From: Patescibacteria group bacterium
GTDB lineage: Bacteria > Patescibacteriota > UBA1384 > GWA2-35-9 > JBASTP01
Assembly: GCA_049274945.1 (NCBI GenBank)
Contig: JBASTP010000006.1
Coordinates: 29,944-93,943, forward strand
Length of the DNA: 64,000 bases
Direction: 5' to 3'
Both the position numbers and the translations under genes were made by a program. Under the pieces are notes generated by a model. It made no database searches. It was not told where the DNA came from and worked only from the letters and a program-made list of their open reading frames with translations. Shown here in pieces: positions 1 to 8,444 of this stretch; position 1 is the first letter of the stretch; each line of letters starts with the position of its first letter.

Positions 1-1071
1 CAATGCCAGCATCCGGTGGAGTCCCTCGACCTCGCTCAGAATAAAGTTGGCTTCATCTTGTTCATCGCGGCATTCGACCACGGAGACCGGCGGGCCACCG
101 GATTTATCGGTCCACAGTTTCTTGTCGGAGCGCAGGAGGTTTTTAACAATGATGTGTTGGGCGGCGTCGACGATGGTTTTGCTCGAACGGTAGTTTTGTT
201 CAAGGCGAATTACGGTAGCGTCCGGGTAATCTTTTTCGAAATTGATAATATTTTTGAAATTGGCGCCGCGGAAGCTGTAAATTGCCTGCCAATCGTCGCC
301 GATCACAAAAATATTGCGGTGTTTGGCGGCAAGTAGCGCAATCAGTTCATACTGGGCTTGGTTGGTGTCTTGATACTCATCCACCAAGATGTACTTAAAC
401 GCCTGCCGATAACGCTCTAATATCTCGGGGTACTGTTTGAATATCATTACCGTAACCATCAGGAGATCGTCAAAATCGAGCGCGTTGGCTCGCTCAAGAA
501 TTTGTTGGTAGACTGGGTAAATCTCGGCGACTTTTTTCTGGAAATATCCAGTGGCGTACTTGGAATACTCAGCCGGCCCCATCAGCTCACTTTTGGCGCT
601 TGAGATAAATGCCGCCACGGCCGAGGGGTTATGCTTTTTTATATCTAATTTGAGCTGTTTGAGCGCCTGTTTAATGGCTGAAAGTTGATCCTGACTGTCG
701 TAGATCACGAAGCTCGAGGTGTATGGCAGTTGTGTTTTATTGAGCTCCTTCCGGAGAATCTTAACGCACTGGCGGTGAAAGGTGCCCATCCAAGGAATAC
801 TAGTCTGCTGGTTTTCTGGTTTGCTGGTTTTCTGGTCGCTAGTAGCTAGCTGACCAGCAACTCTTGTTATCATTTCTTGTGCCGCCTTGTTGGTAAAAGT
901 AATGGCAAGGATATTAAACGGTGAGACCTTTTTTTCTTTGATAAGATACGCAATCCGGCGCGTGAGGGCGAGCGTTTTGCCGCTCCCGGCGCCCGCCAAA
1001 ATCAACACCGGGCCTTCGGTGGTGGTAACCGCGGTGCGTTGCTTGTCGTTGAGATCAGCAAGGATGTCCAT
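1..1071 (-). CDS. UvrD/PcrA/Rep-family DNA helicase, N-terminal part (continues beyond window start)
   Basis: Hand translation of the minus strand from ATG (revcomp of cat 1069-1071): MDILADLNDKQRTAVTTTEGPVLILAGAGSGKTLALTRRIAYL...FTNKAAQEM...WMGTFH...LVDEYQDTNQAQYEL...IGDDWQAIYSFRGA...QNYRSS. These are the Walker A and helicase motifs I-IV of SF1 helicases. The gene is absent from the ORF track because there is no stop in the window. Confidence 0.85.
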   Translation of the reverse strand, partial: MDILADLNDKQRTAVTTTEGPVLILAGAGSGKTLALTRRIAYLIKEKKVSPFNILAITFTNKAAQEMITRVAGQLATSDQKTSKPENQQTSIPWMGTFHRQCVKILRKELNKTQLPYTSSFVIYDSQDQLSAIKQALKQLKLDIKKHNPSAVAAFISSAKSELMGPAEYSKYATGYFQKKVAEIYPVYQQILERANALDFDDLLMVTVMIFKQYPEILERYRQAFKYILVDEYQDTNQAQYELIALLAAKHRNIFVIGDDWQAIYSFRGANFKNIINFEKDYPDATVIRLEQNYRSSKTIVDAAQHIIVKNLLRSDKKLWTDKSGGPPVSVVECRDEQDEANFILSEVEGLHRMLAL

Positions 1072-1117
1072 AGCCCAATAATATTACCATATTCATTAGT
1101 CAGTCATTCAAACTGGG

Positions 1118-1156
1118 TGGCGAGAGGTGCCAGCCGAGAGTGGGTTGCTAGCGCCA
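1118..1156 (+). repeat. Core of conserved structured intergenic element, copy 1 of 3 (TGGCGAGAGGTGCCAGCCGAGAGTGGGTTGCTAGCGCCA)
   Basis: Near-identical 39-nt core at 5267-5305 and 41601-41640. The core is flanked by TGGCG/CGCCA pairing, and related 3' sequence follows to about 1300. Confidence 0.5.
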
Positions 1157-1650
1157 GTTTGTTATTTTGCGCCCAAAATAAAAAAATCGGCCCGAGGTAT
1201 AGTAAAAACGGATTGTGAGGCCTTAACACATATCTTATGATTAATGCCCCTCCGCTATACTCGGGCCGATGCGCACGCCTGTGCTCCGGGATACCCTTCC
1301 TGAGACAACGAACGACCCAAGAAAGATAGTGGGCACTGGTGTACGTCCTCTCGCCGATAAATCGGGAGAGGTATGGCTCCCTAACGGTGATTGTGGCAAG
1401 GTGCAATCCCTCGACTCGGCGCAAGCGCCGATCTCGGGAAAGGTTGAAGGGTGTCCCGACGCAAGGTCGGGACCAATTTTGTATTTGTTTTGCCGCTAGG
1501 GAAAGGGGTAACAGACCATTTTTAGCCATAGCAAAAAATGGGATGTGGGTATGCATGGTACGCTATCCCCTTCCCTCCTTGAGTGAGAACTCCCCTCCTT
1601 TTCAAGTCGTCTACTCTTATAGTATAGCACGTGCGTACGCAGATGTCAAG

Positions 1651-1686
1651 GCATGAAGCGTCCGCCAGAGCGCGGACGCTTCATGC
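1651..1686 (-). terminator. Stable 15-bp hairpin 8 nt downstream of the ORF 1694-2431 stop (no U-tract)
   Basis: gcatgaagcgtccgc-cagag-cgcggacgcttcatgc is a near-perfect inverted repeat, but there is no T run on either side, so it is not a canonical intrinsic terminator. Confidence 0.35.
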
Positions 1687-1693
1687 CGCAGTA

Positions 1694-2431
1694 TCATGTT
1701 CTCTCAAAAGGTAACCGGCGAGTGATGTCAATATCCTTGGGTCGGTCGAGCGGTTGTCCGTGTTGAGCATCTGGAAATTTCCCCATTGCTTCGCCAGACA
1801 ACTTTGACCAGTCAACCTTACCTTCTGAGGGAATTTCAAGAAAAACTACTGCTGGAGGGTTATTTTTACGTGATACAAGAAATGCTTCTAGATTAGGGCG
1901 TTCACTTTTTACCTCAGTTAATCTCTCTTGCCATTCTTTGAGGAAATCGTTCTCCCCTTGCTTAAACAGTTGCAAAATAATCTCTCTGGATAGTTGAAGT
2001 AGTCTGGGGTCACGCGTAGCTGTATGGCTGTACCCAGCCTCACAAGCCAGTTGCGTAGCTTCTTTGAGGTTAACAAACCCTGCCTGTTTGGCGATTGCCT
2101 CATAGTCAGGGGTGAAGGTGTCTTTGAGTGGCGGGCGATCTGCCGGCAGGTTCCAGGTTGAGAGGGTTCTTTCACCGGTTGTCAGGTTGGTGATAGCGTA
2201 AATTGGTAGGTTGGATTCCGGGTCGCTGCCCGCATCGGCGAGCCGAATCCGATCGCCAGGCTTGAAGAAATTACCTCCCCCTTCCTTGGTGATATACTCG
2301 CGGGGACCATACCGCAAGAGCAACCGGTTGTCCAGTTTCTGCTCGAACTCAGCTAGCAGTTTCTTCTCTCGCAGCTCTTGTTCAGCCCTTTGTATCTCTT
2401 TTTCAGGTACCTGCTTGGACTCATCAAGCAT
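1694..2431 (-). CDS. Hypothetical protein (245 aa), translationally overlapping the dnaB stop by 8 nt
   Basis: Long ORF co-oriented with and overlapping dnaB. I recognise no family. Confidence 0.5.
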   Translation of the reverse strand: MLDESKQVPEKEIQRAEQELREKKLLAEFEQKLDNRLLLRYGPREYITKEGGGNFFKPGDRIRLADAGSDPESNLPIYAITNLTTGERTLSTWNLPADRPPLKDTFTPDYEAIAKQAGFVNLKEATQLACEAGYSHTATRDPRLLQLSREIILQLFKQGENDFLKEWQERLTEVKSERPNLEAFLVSRKNNPPAVVFLEIPSEGKVDWSKLSGEAMGKFPDAQHGQPLDRPKDIDITRRLPFERT

Positions 2432-3806
2432 TTTGTGCCACCTCGCCTACCACCTTCTTCTCCAAGTTCTCAAACCGCATCTGCTCTTGGCGGAAAAACA
2501 GCTCAACTTGGCCAGTCGGGCCGTGGCGATGCTTTTTAATCAAAATGTCGGCGATATTCTTACGCTCGGTTTTTGGCTCGTAGTAATCCTCGCGGTAGAT
2601 GAACATGACAACGTCGCTATCTTGTTCGATTGTACCCGAGTCGCGTAAGTCTGCAAGTTGCGGGATCTTCGGTGAACGCTGCTCAACGGCGCGGGAAAGC
2701 TGAGAGAGAGCAAGCACCGGGATATTGAGTTCGCGAGCAATTGCCTTAAGCGAACGGGAAATCTCTGAAATCTCCTGGACCCGGTTAATATCGCCGCTCC
2801 GCTTGCGGCCTTCCATAAGTTGGAGATAGTCAACCACCAGCAGCCCTAGCCCATGTTCTACTTGGAGCCGCCGCGCCCTGGCGCGCAATTCCATGGAGTT
2901 CAAAATCGGCGAGTCGTCAATATAAATAGGTGCCTCAGAGAGTAACCCCATGGCGTAGCCGATTCTCGGAAAATCGTCGTCAGTTAAGTTACCGGTGCGC
3001 AGCTTCCAGGAATCAATACCGGCCTCGGAGATAAGCAGCCGGTCAACCAGCTGGTCGCGGCTCATTTCCAAAGAAAAAATCCCCACCGTCACCTTCTCTT
3101 TGATCGCCGCGTGGGCGGCGATGTTAAGCGCGAGCGAGCTCTTTCCGAGCGATGGCCGGGCAGCGAGAATCACAAGGTCTGAGGGTTGCAGTCCGGCCAG
3201 GAGATTATCGAGGACCTTGAAGCCACTCGAAATTCCGCGGAGTTTACCTTTGTGTTTATGGAGTTCATCAATCCGCTCGAACGTTGAGGTGAGAATATCC
3301 TTAATTGGCGTAAATATCTGCTTGGCATAGTCTTGGGAAATGGCAAAAAGTGACTGCTCCGCTTCGGTGAGCAGCTCGTCGGGGTCGCCTTCGACTTGGT
3401 AGCCAAGCTCGATAATCTTACTTCCGGCAGATACCAATTGCCGGAGCGTTGAGTTGGCTTTAACCACCTCGGCGTGGTTTGCAATATGGGCAGCCGATGG
3501 CACGACGTTGGTAAGTTCGGTTAAGTATGCCACTCCCCCAACGTGAGTAAGCTTGCCATCTTTCTCGAGCTGATCTGAGAGCGTGAGCAAGTCGATTGGC
3601 TGGCGTTTCTCGAATAATTTCATGCATGCTCGGTAAATCTCTTGATGCTCGGGCCGGTAGAAATCAACTGGCCCCAGTTGATCGACAATCTTAATAAGCG
3701 AATCTTTGTTGATCAAAAGCGCGCCAAGCACCGCCTGCTCCATTTCAATATTTTGGGGCGGCAGTTTAGCGGTCAGAGTTTCGGATCGGTGACTTTGGTC
3801 AGCCAT
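2424..3806 (-). CDS. dnaB: Replicative DNA helicase DnaB
   Basis: 460 aa with an N-terminal DnaB domain, Walker A (ARPSLGKSSLALNIA) and C-terminal RecA-like motifs (LLVVDYLQLM, RELNIPVLALSQLSR). Confidence 0.9.
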   Translation of the reverse strand: MADQSHRSETLTAKLPPQNIEMEQAVLGALLINKDSLIKIVDQLGPVDFYRPEHQEIYRACMKLFEKRQPIDLLTLSDQLEKDGKLTHVGGVAYLTELTNVVPSAAHIANHAEVVKANSTLRQLVSAGSKIIELGYQVEGDPDELLTEAEQSLFAISQDYAKQIFTPIKDILTSTFERIDELHKHKGKLRGISSGFKVLDNLLAGLQPSDLVILAARPSLGKSSLALNIAAHAAIKEKVTVGIFSLEMSRDQLVDRLLISEAGIDSWKLRTGNLTDDDFPRIGYAMGLLSEAPIYIDDSPILNSMELRARARRLQVEHGLGLLVVDYLQLMEGRKRSGDINRVQEISEISRSLKAIARELNIPVLALSQLSRAVEQRSPKIPQLADLRDSGTIEQDSDVVMFIYREDYYEPKTERKNIADILIKKHRHGPTGQVELFFRQEQMRFENLEKKVVGEVAQNA

Positions 3807-3815
3807 TTTGATAAA

Positions 3816-5216
3816 TCATGAACTAGCCTCAAACACCTCCAGAGCAGTATCAATAATCTCTTGATCGAGCTCACGTTGGTGAGTTTCTACCCTGGCTGGA
3901 TCAATGGTACACACGAGCGTATACCCCTTGCCAAAGGTTTGCAAGGCGGCCTTTTCGATGATGGCGCGGTTCACGGAATCAACCATTTTCTCGCGATGAA
4001 AGGCAAACTTAACGTAGATCTTGAGCTCATCCCCCACTGCCTCGCCCACGCAGCTCGAAAGAAGCGCCGCAATCGAGTGGTTGTGGGATTTAAGCGCTTC
4101 GATCAGGGCATCCCAGCTAAAAGTCTTTGAGTCTTTGAGTGGTTGAGTGGTTGCCGAAACTTTTGGAGCATGAACAGTAGATTCTGAAACCTCGCCAGGA
4201 GCAGCGACGGGAATAGATTTTGGTAAACCCGTTATTTTGATGATTGCTAGCTCAATTGGAATTTGCGGAATTGGCGAGTATTTCATGTTGGCGCCAGCCT
4301 CGATCAGGCGCTCCACGGTTTGGGCAAGCTCGAGCCGCCCTTGCCAGAGCATCATCTGCCGGAGCTTGGCGATGGCAAGGTTTAAAAATGCGGATAAGTC
4401 GACCCCTTGAGCGTAAAGTTCGTTGACCACCGTGATCGCTCGGGTGGGATTACCAGCAAGCAGCGCGTCCGTGAACGTGTCGATTGACTGGGCCGAGGAA
4501 ACCCCAAATATTCGCAACACGTCGCTTTTAGTGACCTTGCCCGGCCCGCCAGCAGTCACTTGGTCAAGCAACGCCAGGGCGTCGCGGAATGAGCCGTCGG
4601 CAAAGTAGGCAATCTGCTCAGCAGCGTCATCCTCGAGGGTAATTTTTTCAGGCTTGGCAACGGTTACGAGCACCTGCTTGATCTGATCGATGGTCGCTCG
4701 CTTAAAATCGAACCGCTGCACCCGCGAGATAATTGTTGCCGGCACTTTGTGGGGCTCGGTAGTAGCTAGAATGAAAATCACGTGGTCGGGCGGTTCTTCG
4801 AGCGTTTTAAGGAGTGCATTGAACGCTTCTTTGGTGAGCATGTGCACTTCGTCGATAATGTAGACCTTAAACTTGGCTCGGTTTGGCGCAAAACGCACCT
4901 TGTCGCGGATCTCACGAATCTCCTCGATCCCCCGGTGAGAAGCGGCATCAATCTCGATCACATCGAAATCGCGACCGGCAATTACATCGCGGCAAATTTG
5001 GCAGGCATTGCAGGGATTATCCTCGGCCGGGCAGTTAACCGCCTTGGCAAGCAGGCGCGCCGTGGTGGTTTTACCCGAACCGCGTGGGCCAGCAAAAAGG
5101 TAACCGTGGGCCACCTTACCACTCGTTACGGCCTTGGAGAGCACTTCAATAACGGTGTCCTGGCCGACGACATCCTCAAAACGTTGCGGCCGATATTTAC
5201 GATAGAGTGCAGGCAT
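3816..5216 (-). CDS. dnaX: DNA polymerase III subunit gamma/tau
   Basis: MPALYRKYRPQRFEDVVGQ...GPRGSGKTTTARLLAKAVNC...CNACQICR...IIDEVHML. This is the AAA+ clamp-loader signature with its zinc module. Confidence 0.9.
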   Translation of the reverse strand: MPALYRKYRPQRFEDVVGQDTVIEVLSKAVTSGKVAHGYLFAGPRGSGKTTTARLLAKAVNCPAEDNPCNACQICRDVIAGRDFDVIEIDAASHRGIEEIREIRDKVRFAPNRAKFKVYIIDEVHMLTKEAFNALLKTLEEPPDHVIFILATTEPHKVPATIISRVQRFDFKRATIDQIKQVLVTVAKPEKITLEDDAAEQIAYFADGSFRDALALLDQVTAGGPGKVTKSDVLRIFGVSSAQSIDTFTDALLAGNPTRAITVVNELYAQGVDLSAFLNLAIAKLRQMMLWQGRLELAQTVERLIEAGANMKYSPIPQIPIELAIIKITGLPKSIPVAAPGEVSESTVHAPKVSATTQPLKDSKTFSWDALIEALKSHNHSIAALLSSCVGEAVGDELKIYVKFAFHREKMVDSVNRAIIEKAALQTFGKGYTLVCTIDPARVETHQRELDQEIIDTALEVFEASS

Positions 5217-5258
5217 GACCCTTCATTATAAAGTTCTAAGTTGAAAATGCAAAATTGA

Positions 5259-5466
5259 GCAGCGGATGGCGAGAGGTACCAGCCGAGGGCGGGTTGCTAG
5301 CGCCACAGGAAGCGAAGCGCTCCTGCCCCGCTGAGCTCCCTGGACGACGGGACCCACCGCAAGGTGGGCAGGAGTACCAAGGAGCGAAGCGAAGGGCGAG
5401 CCTCCTCCAGTTGGTGGAGGCGAGTAGAGTGCACACCCGAGGCGGTACCCGAGCCAGAATCTACTG
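5259..5466 (+). repeat. Conserved structured intergenic element, copy 2 of 3 (about 208 nt, with internal GNRA-type hairpins)
   Basis: Shares the 39-nt core (5267-5305) and the 3' block AGAGTGCACNCCCGAGGCGGTACCCGAGCCAG with copy 3. Internal hairpins are cccacc-gcaa-ggtggg and cctcca-gttg-gtggagg. It lies between dnaX and rsmH, on the strand opposite to those genes. Confidence 0.5.
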
Positions 5467-6366
5467 CTAATTATGAAACTTAAATCCCCACAAGTGCGCC
5501 GAGCGGCTGCGGGGGTTGGCGCGCATTTCTGCTGGGCTTGCGGTGATCGGCTTTTTGGTAATGAACTCCCCCTTTCCCTCCTTGCGCCACTTTTTGAAGG
5601 CAGTACGCACCATGCGATCCTCGAGCGAATGAAAGGCAATGATCGCGACTCGGGCTCCCGGATTGGCAAGCGACGGGATGGTGGCAAGCACCTCTTCAAG
5701 TGATTCGAGCTCGCCGTTCACCGCGATCCGGAGCGCCTGGAAAGTGCGAGTGGCGGGGTGGAGTCTACTCTTAGCTTGCGGCACTGCGCCTGCGATAATC
5801 TCAGCAAGCTGAGTGGTGGTATACAACGGGCGGCGGCGGATAATGGCGTGGGCGATTCGATCGACGTAGTGCTCGCCCGAATAGCGCTCGATCACCTCTC
5901 GCAGCTTTGTTTCGGGGTAGTGGTTAACAATATGAGCAGCAGTAAGCTCCTGGGTTTGGTCGTACCGCATATCGAGCGGGCCAGCATGCCTGAAAGAAAA
6001 ACCGCGCTCGGGATTATCCACCTGGAAACTCGAAAAACCGAGATCCAGCAGCAATCCATCAAAGCGGCGACTGTTTAAAACTCTTTTGAGCTCCGCAAAA
6101 TTGCTCTGGTGAAACTCAATACCGCCAATCGTGGCGAGTCGTTCCTCGGTTTTAGCAAGTAATGCTTTATCGCGATCAATCGCAATCAACTTAAAATTAA
6201 CGTCCGGGCAATTTGAGTGGATATGTTCGACTAACGCGGCGCTATGGCCACCTGAGCCAACCGTGGCATCAACCAACAGTCCGCCACCACCCTGCACCAG
6301 ACGGTGCGGGCCGTGGCAAGGATCAAGCAAATTCACCACACTATCGACGAGCACTGGCAGATGCAC
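5467..6366 (-). CDS. rsmH: 16S rRNA (cytosine1402-N4)-methyltransferase RsmH
   Basis: HLPVLVDSVVNLL...GGLLVDATVGSGGHSAALV...RMVRTAFKKW. The start is moved to GTG at 6366, because the longer track ORF (to 6402) reads through the tRNA-Glu gene. Confidence 0.8.
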   Translation of the reverse strand: MHLPVLVDSVVNLLDPCHGPHRLVQGGGGLLVDATVGSGGHSAALVEHIHSNCPDVNFKLIAIDRDKALLAKTEERLATIGGIEFHQSNFAELKRVLNSRRFDGLLLDLGFSSFQVDNPERGFSFRHAGPLDMRYDQTQELTAAHIVNHYPETKLREVIERYSGEHYVDRIAHAIIRRRPLYTTTQLAEIIAGAVPQAKSRLHPATRTFQALRIAVNGELESLEEVLATIPSLANPGARVAIIAFHSLEDRMVRTAFKKWRKEGKGEFITKKPITASPAEMRANPRSRSAHLWGFKFHN

Positions 6367-6370
6367 AATG

Positions 6371-6445
6371 TACCGCCACCGGGATTCGAACCCGGGTTCC
6401 ATGCTTGAGAAGCATGTGTCCTAGACCAGACTAGACGATGGCGGC
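6371..6445 (-). tRNA. tRNA-Glu (anticodon CUC)
   Basis: Minus-strand GCCGCCATCGTCTAGTCTGGTCTAGGACACATGCTTCTCAAGCATGGAACCCGGGTTCGAATCCCGGTGGCGGTA folds as a cloverleaf with a 7-bp acceptor stem, a TTCGAAT T-loop and the anticodon loop TTCTCAA. Confidence 0.8.
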
Positions 6446-6690
6446 GTCTTGGGGGTATTGACAATTTTACCTGAAATATGGGAAAATAAAAGAGTCGTAC
6501 TGGAACAATCCAAAAACATCAAGAGTCTGGTGAGGCCAACAAGGGCCTGAGATCCGGCACCAACCCGTGAAGTCGGGTGGTAGTACTTGTTTTCCGTAAC
6601 AACGGAAAGATGTGGTCCCGACGAGTCGGGACAATCGAGAAGCTCCAATTGTTGTTACGTTGGAGATTTTTTGTTGCAAGGGGATGCAAG

Positions 6691-7545
6691 ATGAACAATG
6701 ATTTGCCAGTGAGTATCACTATTATCACTGATTGTGGGGGGTCAGACCGAGGCCGTTACGAAATTGCCCTGCAGCGCTGTTTTTGGCCTCAGGATTGGAA
6801 ACTGGCTTTCTTCGAAACGGAAAGCAAAAACACACTTCACTCAGGTTTCACCGCCGCAGCTCATGTTCTTTCTACCATCAGTTTTTTTGGTCCTTTGAGA
6901 GACGGAGAACGAATCGGCATCATTGTTAATGCCGCTCCCAGAATGGGTCAAGAAAACGGTTGTAAACTTCGCGGTCGAGATCGCCATGAAGAGGGTGAAG
7001 AGATCTACGGGTTGCAACTTAGAAATGGTGTTTGGGTGGTTGGACCCAATGCTGGTCTGAATCTCTATTTCCTCAAGGATGAGGTTGTGGACTCATACCT
7101 GTTAACAGACGAACGTGGGTTAAAAACACCCTTTCGGTCAATGGAGTTTATGGTCCCGGCCCTGGCAATGCTTGTTGATGTCAACAAGTTTCCCAAAATC
7201 AAGATGACCCGAAAGGACCTGAAAGTGCCTGTGTCAGAATCAGGAATATTTGTTGCCGATTGGGATTCCCACGGCAATATTTATCTTTACTCAAGTCTTC
7301 CCGAGTCACAGTGGGTGCCGCCAATTGGTGAACATGTCACAATCCGGATTGGCAACGAAATTGCTAGATTGCGGCACGTTGAGGGTATTTTTGCTGGTCA
7401 TACCGGAGAACAGACCATGACGAAAGGTAGTCTCAAACTACTGGGTCGGGAGGCAATTTACTACATAGTCGTGGTCGGCAGTGAGGCTCATTCCCAACTT
7501 AGGCATCCGCCCGTCGGTACAGCTGTGGTGATCGAACGAGACTAA
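6691..7545 (+). CDS. DUF62 / SAM hydroxide adenosyltransferase (fluorinase/chlorinase-like SAM hydrolase) family protein
   Basis: The N-terminus (VSITIITDCGGSDRGRYEI) resembles the ITLLTDFG...D..G motif, and GVWVVGPNAGLNLYFL resembles the conserved LLVGPNNGLLSF motif of FlA/SalL/MJ1651. A 285-aa length fits the family. The start is taken at ATG 6691, which has an AAGGGGA RBS. Confidence 0.45.
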   Translation: MNNDLPVSITIITDCGGSDRGRYEIALQRCFWPQDWKLAFFETESKNTLHSGFTAAAHVLSTISFFGPLRDGERIGIIVNAAPRMGQENGCKLRGRDRHEEGEEIYGLQLRNGVWVVGPNAGLNLYFLKDEVVDSYLLTDERGLKTPFRSMEFMVPALAMLVDVNKFPKIKMTRKDLKVPVSESGIFVADWDSHGNIYLYSSLPESQWVPPIGEHVTIRIGNEIARLRHVEGIFAGHTGEQTMTKGSLKLLGREAIYYIVVVGSEAHSQLRHPPVGTAVVIERD

Positions 7546-7578
7546 CTAGGTCTTGATCTAAACATTGACGCAAATCTC

Positions 7579-7611
7579 AAAGACCCCGGCGGCGGCGGGG
7601 TCTTCTTTTTT
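7579..7611 (+). terminator. Rho-independent terminator for the DUF62 gene
   Basis: aagaccccggcggcggcggggtctt followed by cttttttac. Confidence 0.7.
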
Positions 7612-7612
7612 A

Positions 7613-7640
7613 CGAAAAAAGACGGCCGTTTGGCCGTCTT
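7613..7640 (-). terminator. Rho-independent terminator for the minus-strand two-gene unit 8279-7654
   Basis: The minus strand reads aagacggccaaacggccgtctttttt. Together with 7579-7611 it forms a back-to-back bidirectional terminator pair. Confidence 0.7.
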
Positions 7641-7653
7641 GTAGGTACTGTTG

Positions 7654-8052
7654 TTATGCAGTGGAGCGAAGGAAACGAGGAGAACGATCCTTATCGGACC
7701 GGTTAATCCGCTCGATCTGCTTGCTGACCAATCCTGCTAACCCCTCGGGCGTTAGCTCGCGCAGCTCGGACATTTTTTTGCCGTCACGCAGGGCATATTC
7801 GACCAGCTGGTCTGGACTGACGATCAAACCGCGGGGTTTGAGCGCCAGGACGAGCAGGGTGAGTTGTGCCATTACCGATTCAAACCACTCGGATACATTA
7901 TCGCCGGAGTTCAGCAGCGTGGTTACGGTTATGCCCGTGAGCAGAATGAGATTTTTCAGCTGGCACGAATCAGTCGAGCAACCAACCTCAGATAGGCGCG
8001 ATACAAGCTCATCGATACGGCCGTTGTAATCCGCGGGGAATGTGTTAGCCAC
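7654..8052 (-). CDS. Hypothetical small protein (132 aa; CxxxxC motif VGCSTDSCQ)
   Basis: Its start overlaps the stop of the upstream 75-aa ORF (shared nt 8052). The C-terminal stretch MSELRELTPEGLAGL resembles LSELDEQELLGL in its partner. Confidence 0.5.
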   Translation of the reverse strand: MANTFPADYNGRIDELVSRLSEVGCSTDSCQLKNLILLTGITVTTLLNSGDNVSEWFESVMAQLTLLVLALKPRGLIVSPDQLVEYALRDGKKMSELRELTPEGLAGLVSKQIERINRSDKDRSPRFLRSTA

Positions 8053-8279
8053 TAATTACTCATTCCTGTGAACAAGCCGAGAAGTTCTTGTTCATCCAGT
8101 TCACTGAGCTGAGCGAGCGTTTGTCCGCTAGAGCTCTCAAGATCTATGATGTCTTGCGGATTCACCTCGCGCCCAATACAGTGCCCCAGGCGTTCGCATA
8201 ACATCCGCCGAACTCGAGCATTCTGGACCGCATCTTGCACGGTACAAGCGTTGGCACCGCCAGGATTTTTGACAAACAT
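8052..8279 (-). CDS. Hypothetical small protein (75 aa; three Cys, possible HTH-like segment)
   Basis: A strong SD (AAAGGAG, then 6 nt, then ATG at 8279) precedes it. A promoter and structured leader lie upstream. Confidence 0.5.
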   Translation of the reverse strand: MFVKNPGGANACTVQDAVQNARVRRMLCERLGHCIGREVNPQDIIDLESSSGQTLAQLSELDEQELLGLFTGMSN

Positions 8280-8444
8280 GGGTTGCTCCTTTCAATTTTT
8301 CCGGTACTTTCCCCACCAAAAAAGGCCACCGTCTGGTGCCCTTCCTTGATGGGTGCGCGCGTTTCGTTTAACTCACGCCATCAAGCGGGGCACCCGCAGG
8401 GGCCCTTTTTGAAGGTGAAATTAAACTGACGCCGTTGCATTACA
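8280..8444 (-). promoter_or_regulatory. Structured ~165-nt 5' leader with a terminator-like hairpin and U6 tract just upstream of the RBS (candidate riboswitch/attenuator)
   Basis: RNA-strand hairpins are GUUGUAAUGCAAC, GCGGG-UGC-CCCGC and CUUGAUGG...CCAUCAAG. GGCACC-AGAC-GGUGGCC followed by UUUUUU (plus 8318-8340) sits about 30 nt before the SD. Confidence 0.35.

Noticed and set aside
16-336. Plus-strand ORF track entries antisense to real genes (for example 16-336, 887-1081, 2211-2648, 7565-8029, 28584-28940, 50663-51121 and 61962-62354)
   Set aside because: Low-complexity or odd composition, no homology features, and each lies opposite a well-supported gene with clear motifs (helicase, DnaB, kinase and so on). 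I treat them as shadow ORFs.
806-837. 16-nt tandem duplication (TGCTGGTTTTCTGGTT x2) inside uvrD
   Set aside because: The duplication is kept in frame and encodes a short low-complexity insertion (SDQKTSKPENQQ) relative to E. coli UvrD. It is probably a benign indel-prone linker and not a distinct feature.
1104-1656. Track ORFs 1104-1556(-), 1269-1499(+) and 1339-1656(+) in the 590-bp gap after uvrD
   Set aside because: The region is rich in hairpins (GNRA-capped stems) and contains the conserved repeat core. It looks like structured non-coding sequence, and the ORFs lack an RBS. I also tested the idea that it encodes RNase P, tmRNA or 6S RNA and could not find the universal motifs (GGAAAGUCCGG / ACAGAACCCGGCUUA and so on).
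5226-5470. SRP RNA (ffs) upstream of dnaX
   Set aside because: The domain-IV consensus is not present on either strand. The similarity to the 16S 'GTGCCAGC' 515F region inside the repeat core is short and looks coincidental.
5467-6402. Long forms of rsmH (to 6402) and the NUDIX ORF (to 29961)
   Set aside because: Their N-terminal extensions are read-through translations of tRNA-Glu and tRNA-Arg. The starts were moved inward.
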